In this document: in pieces, positions 61,541 through 64,000 of the stretch
How the letters are laid out: each line of letters starts with the position of its first letter
How positions within the stretch are numbered: position 1 is the first letter of the stretch
Assembly (NCBI RefSeq): GCF_001194135.2
Contig: NC_068991.1
Coordinates: forward strand, 53,124,570-53,188,569
DNA from: Octopus bimaculoides
Taxonomy: Eukaryota
Direction: 5' to 3'
DNA: 64,000 nt
The notes under the pieces: generated by a model
Told to the model about the DNA's origin: nothing
Database searches by the model: none
Seen by the model: the letters and a program-made list of their open reading frames with translations, nothing else
Position numbers and translations under genes: made by a program

Positions 61541-64000
61541 AAATTTTGCAGAACTTTTTGAACTATCACTCTTCAAAATAACTAGGTCATAAAGCTGTCA
61601 CACTTACTAGGCATTATGTCTTGCATTCCACACTGTACTCAAAACCACTCCCCAACATCACTCAGTCCTATGTTCACCCAGATACCTAGTATTACATGTC
61701 ACTATTCCAGCCTAACAATCACCAGAGAGTGTTCCTTCCATTGTCCACAGATTACCAGAGGCGAAGCACATTACAAATGCTGTCCTCATGTACATGATTT
61801 ATGAAAAGGCTTCTCCAAGACTTAAGAAATAGCATGATCAAATCCAATATTGAGACAATGGCTGTGAAGGTCAAGTGCTGATCTGCTGACCAGATGACCA
61901 AATAACTTATAATTACAGGCATTGTAGACCACCCTATAAAAAGATGCAGGAGTCAGTTTAGTCCAGTTGAGTGTCAAAACTATTCACACTTACATGAAGA
62001 TTGGTGGCTAGGAAAAGGACAAAAGCCATGCCACCAATGCAAGCATAGAAAATTAACAGAAAAGAAATAGAATCGATTCCAATACAAGCTTAATATTGGC
62101 CAACCATTAAATTCCAATAATTTACAATATTTTAAGTAGCCTAGTCTATAGATAAGGTGTTTATAGAAGAGAGGTTCACTTTCAAAATGTTTAAATTTTC
62201 AATTTTTCTATGTTGGTGAGAGATGAAGTTTGGTCAACACTTAGCACAAGCTCTTTGCAATATCTAAGGTCTTCAAACCTCTCTAATTCTTGTAAATAGT
62301 CTGAATTCAGTTCCAGGTTTCAGAATTATAACACTATACTTCAAGTTAATTCATATAGTTTGTCCATCAAATAAGTAAAACCCTTAGTAAAGAAAAGTAG
62401 CAGTTAAAGATTCTTCTACAACATATATATCTCACTGCCCCCAAAATCATTAACTGGTATATCACCTGGAAAAAGACTTGCAGTGAACTATCTGAACAGA
62501 TTAGATTATTCATGTTGGTAACTACTCCATAGCACTTGGTATAGTCTATAATAGTTCCTAAACCAAGGAATATTCAAGAATGGACAAGATTAACACTGTG
62601 TAAAGAGTAAACTATCTTTACACACTGAAAATTTAAATTCTTCATTGAATAAAATTCAATAATCATTGTTACTTTCACAAGAAAAATAATTTACCTGGTT
62701 TGATTTAAGTACATTTATGCTTTTACTAATAAATTCTTTTTCATATAATGAGCTCGCTTAATGAAAATTCATACATCTAAGTTGTCTTACAATATTCTGG
62801 ACTTAATCTTCACTAAATAATGCTACCTTTCCTAACAATGCATCTAAGTTTTCCAAAAATTGTCATTTGTTTAATTCTTAACATTCTTAAAACTGCTTCT
62901 TTAATCATAAATCTGATCTGAGTTTTATAATATTCTGACTAAATAATACACAAAAAAGCTAGAATCCCACCAATTAACATTCCTCGTAATTAAATGTCAA
63001 AGGTCAATAAGATGTAACAAATAGTTGCACATTGAATATTATAGAATATCCCTTGATGAAGTGTGATGTATGGGAGATTAAAACAGATGCATTTAAATTA
63101 TGGTTCAACTATTAGAAATACTTTGAGCCAAGCCCAATGACTAAACTGTTTTGAAATCCAGTTAAATTTTTGAAGTAAATAAAAGTGATTCTCTCTCATT
63201 ATATATGTGAGAGAGAACGCAATAGCAATGACTGGCCCAGGTAAGCTGTACATAAGGAAAAAAAGTACACTTGCGAAAACATTAACTGATAGACTGCAGA
63301 AGAGGACTTTTAAGCAAATTTAAGACACTGGTTCTTAATTATAAATTCAAAATTGAATGGATTAAGAACTGGAATAAATCAGAAATGAAGTAAATTTTTT
63401 GCATTAATAACATATTTGTAATAACTTGAGAGTGGGGAGGTGAAAACATTTGGCAACGTTAGAAGGGAATCCAACTGCAGACCCCTACCACTTTTTTTAA
63501 TACAAAAGTAATATAACTGTCAATATAATATATGACATTACCTGTTTTTCCATACCAAAAACAAATGAACAAATCTGCCATGAGGCTGGAGTTAATTTGT
63601 GAGGATTAATATTTCTATGGCTGACCCCTCTATTGTAAAATTTTGTTACTACACATCTAAACCAAAGCCTACACCAAATTAACATCAACCAATATCTATT
63701 GTTAGCATATCATATGTTGATAACCAACTTAGTCCTGCATACATTTTGCTAATAATTTTGATAGTGTTCCTTTTTAAATTCACACAATCTCCCTGCCAAA
63801 TTAACCACACACACACACACACACACACACACTGAAACATACCCAAAGTGCTATTACTCTCCAATTGCTAATCTCAACTTTCTTAAGTACCTCATATCAG
63901 ATGATTTTAAAAAAATAATAATTTGAAGTGTCTGGAGGATAAATACCAACTGGACACAATTTAAGTTTTTGGGGAAAAAACCCCCCTCCAAAACATGGAA

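Overview
AT-rich, repeat-dense eukaryotic scaffold with five N-gaps, each flanked on at least one side by (TA)n. The SINE/RTE repeat repertoire suggests an octopus; this is inference from remembered repeat families, not a database result. The only confidently identified host gene is the 5' half of a protein phosphatase 1 catalytic subunit, beta type, on the minus strand: exon 1 13200-13251, exon 2 6109-6240, exon 3 421-651, continuing off the left edge. The rest is mostly decayed mobile DNA: three tRNA-derived SINE families (several with target-site duplications and nested insertions), RTE-LINE 3' pieces, Tc1/mariner/pogo relics, a TTAA-flanked piggyBac-type MITE, Helitron relics and many Penelope-like element (PLE) fragments. 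The most striking unexplained pattern is a set of hammerhead-ribozyme-like motifs, some with canonical and some with variant cores. They lie in inverted pairs or tandem units, often docked on (TA)n microsatellites. One (29778-29823) folds into a complete type I hammerhead with a variant CCGAUGA core. A few weak candidate exons hint at a second, unidentified gene in the right half.
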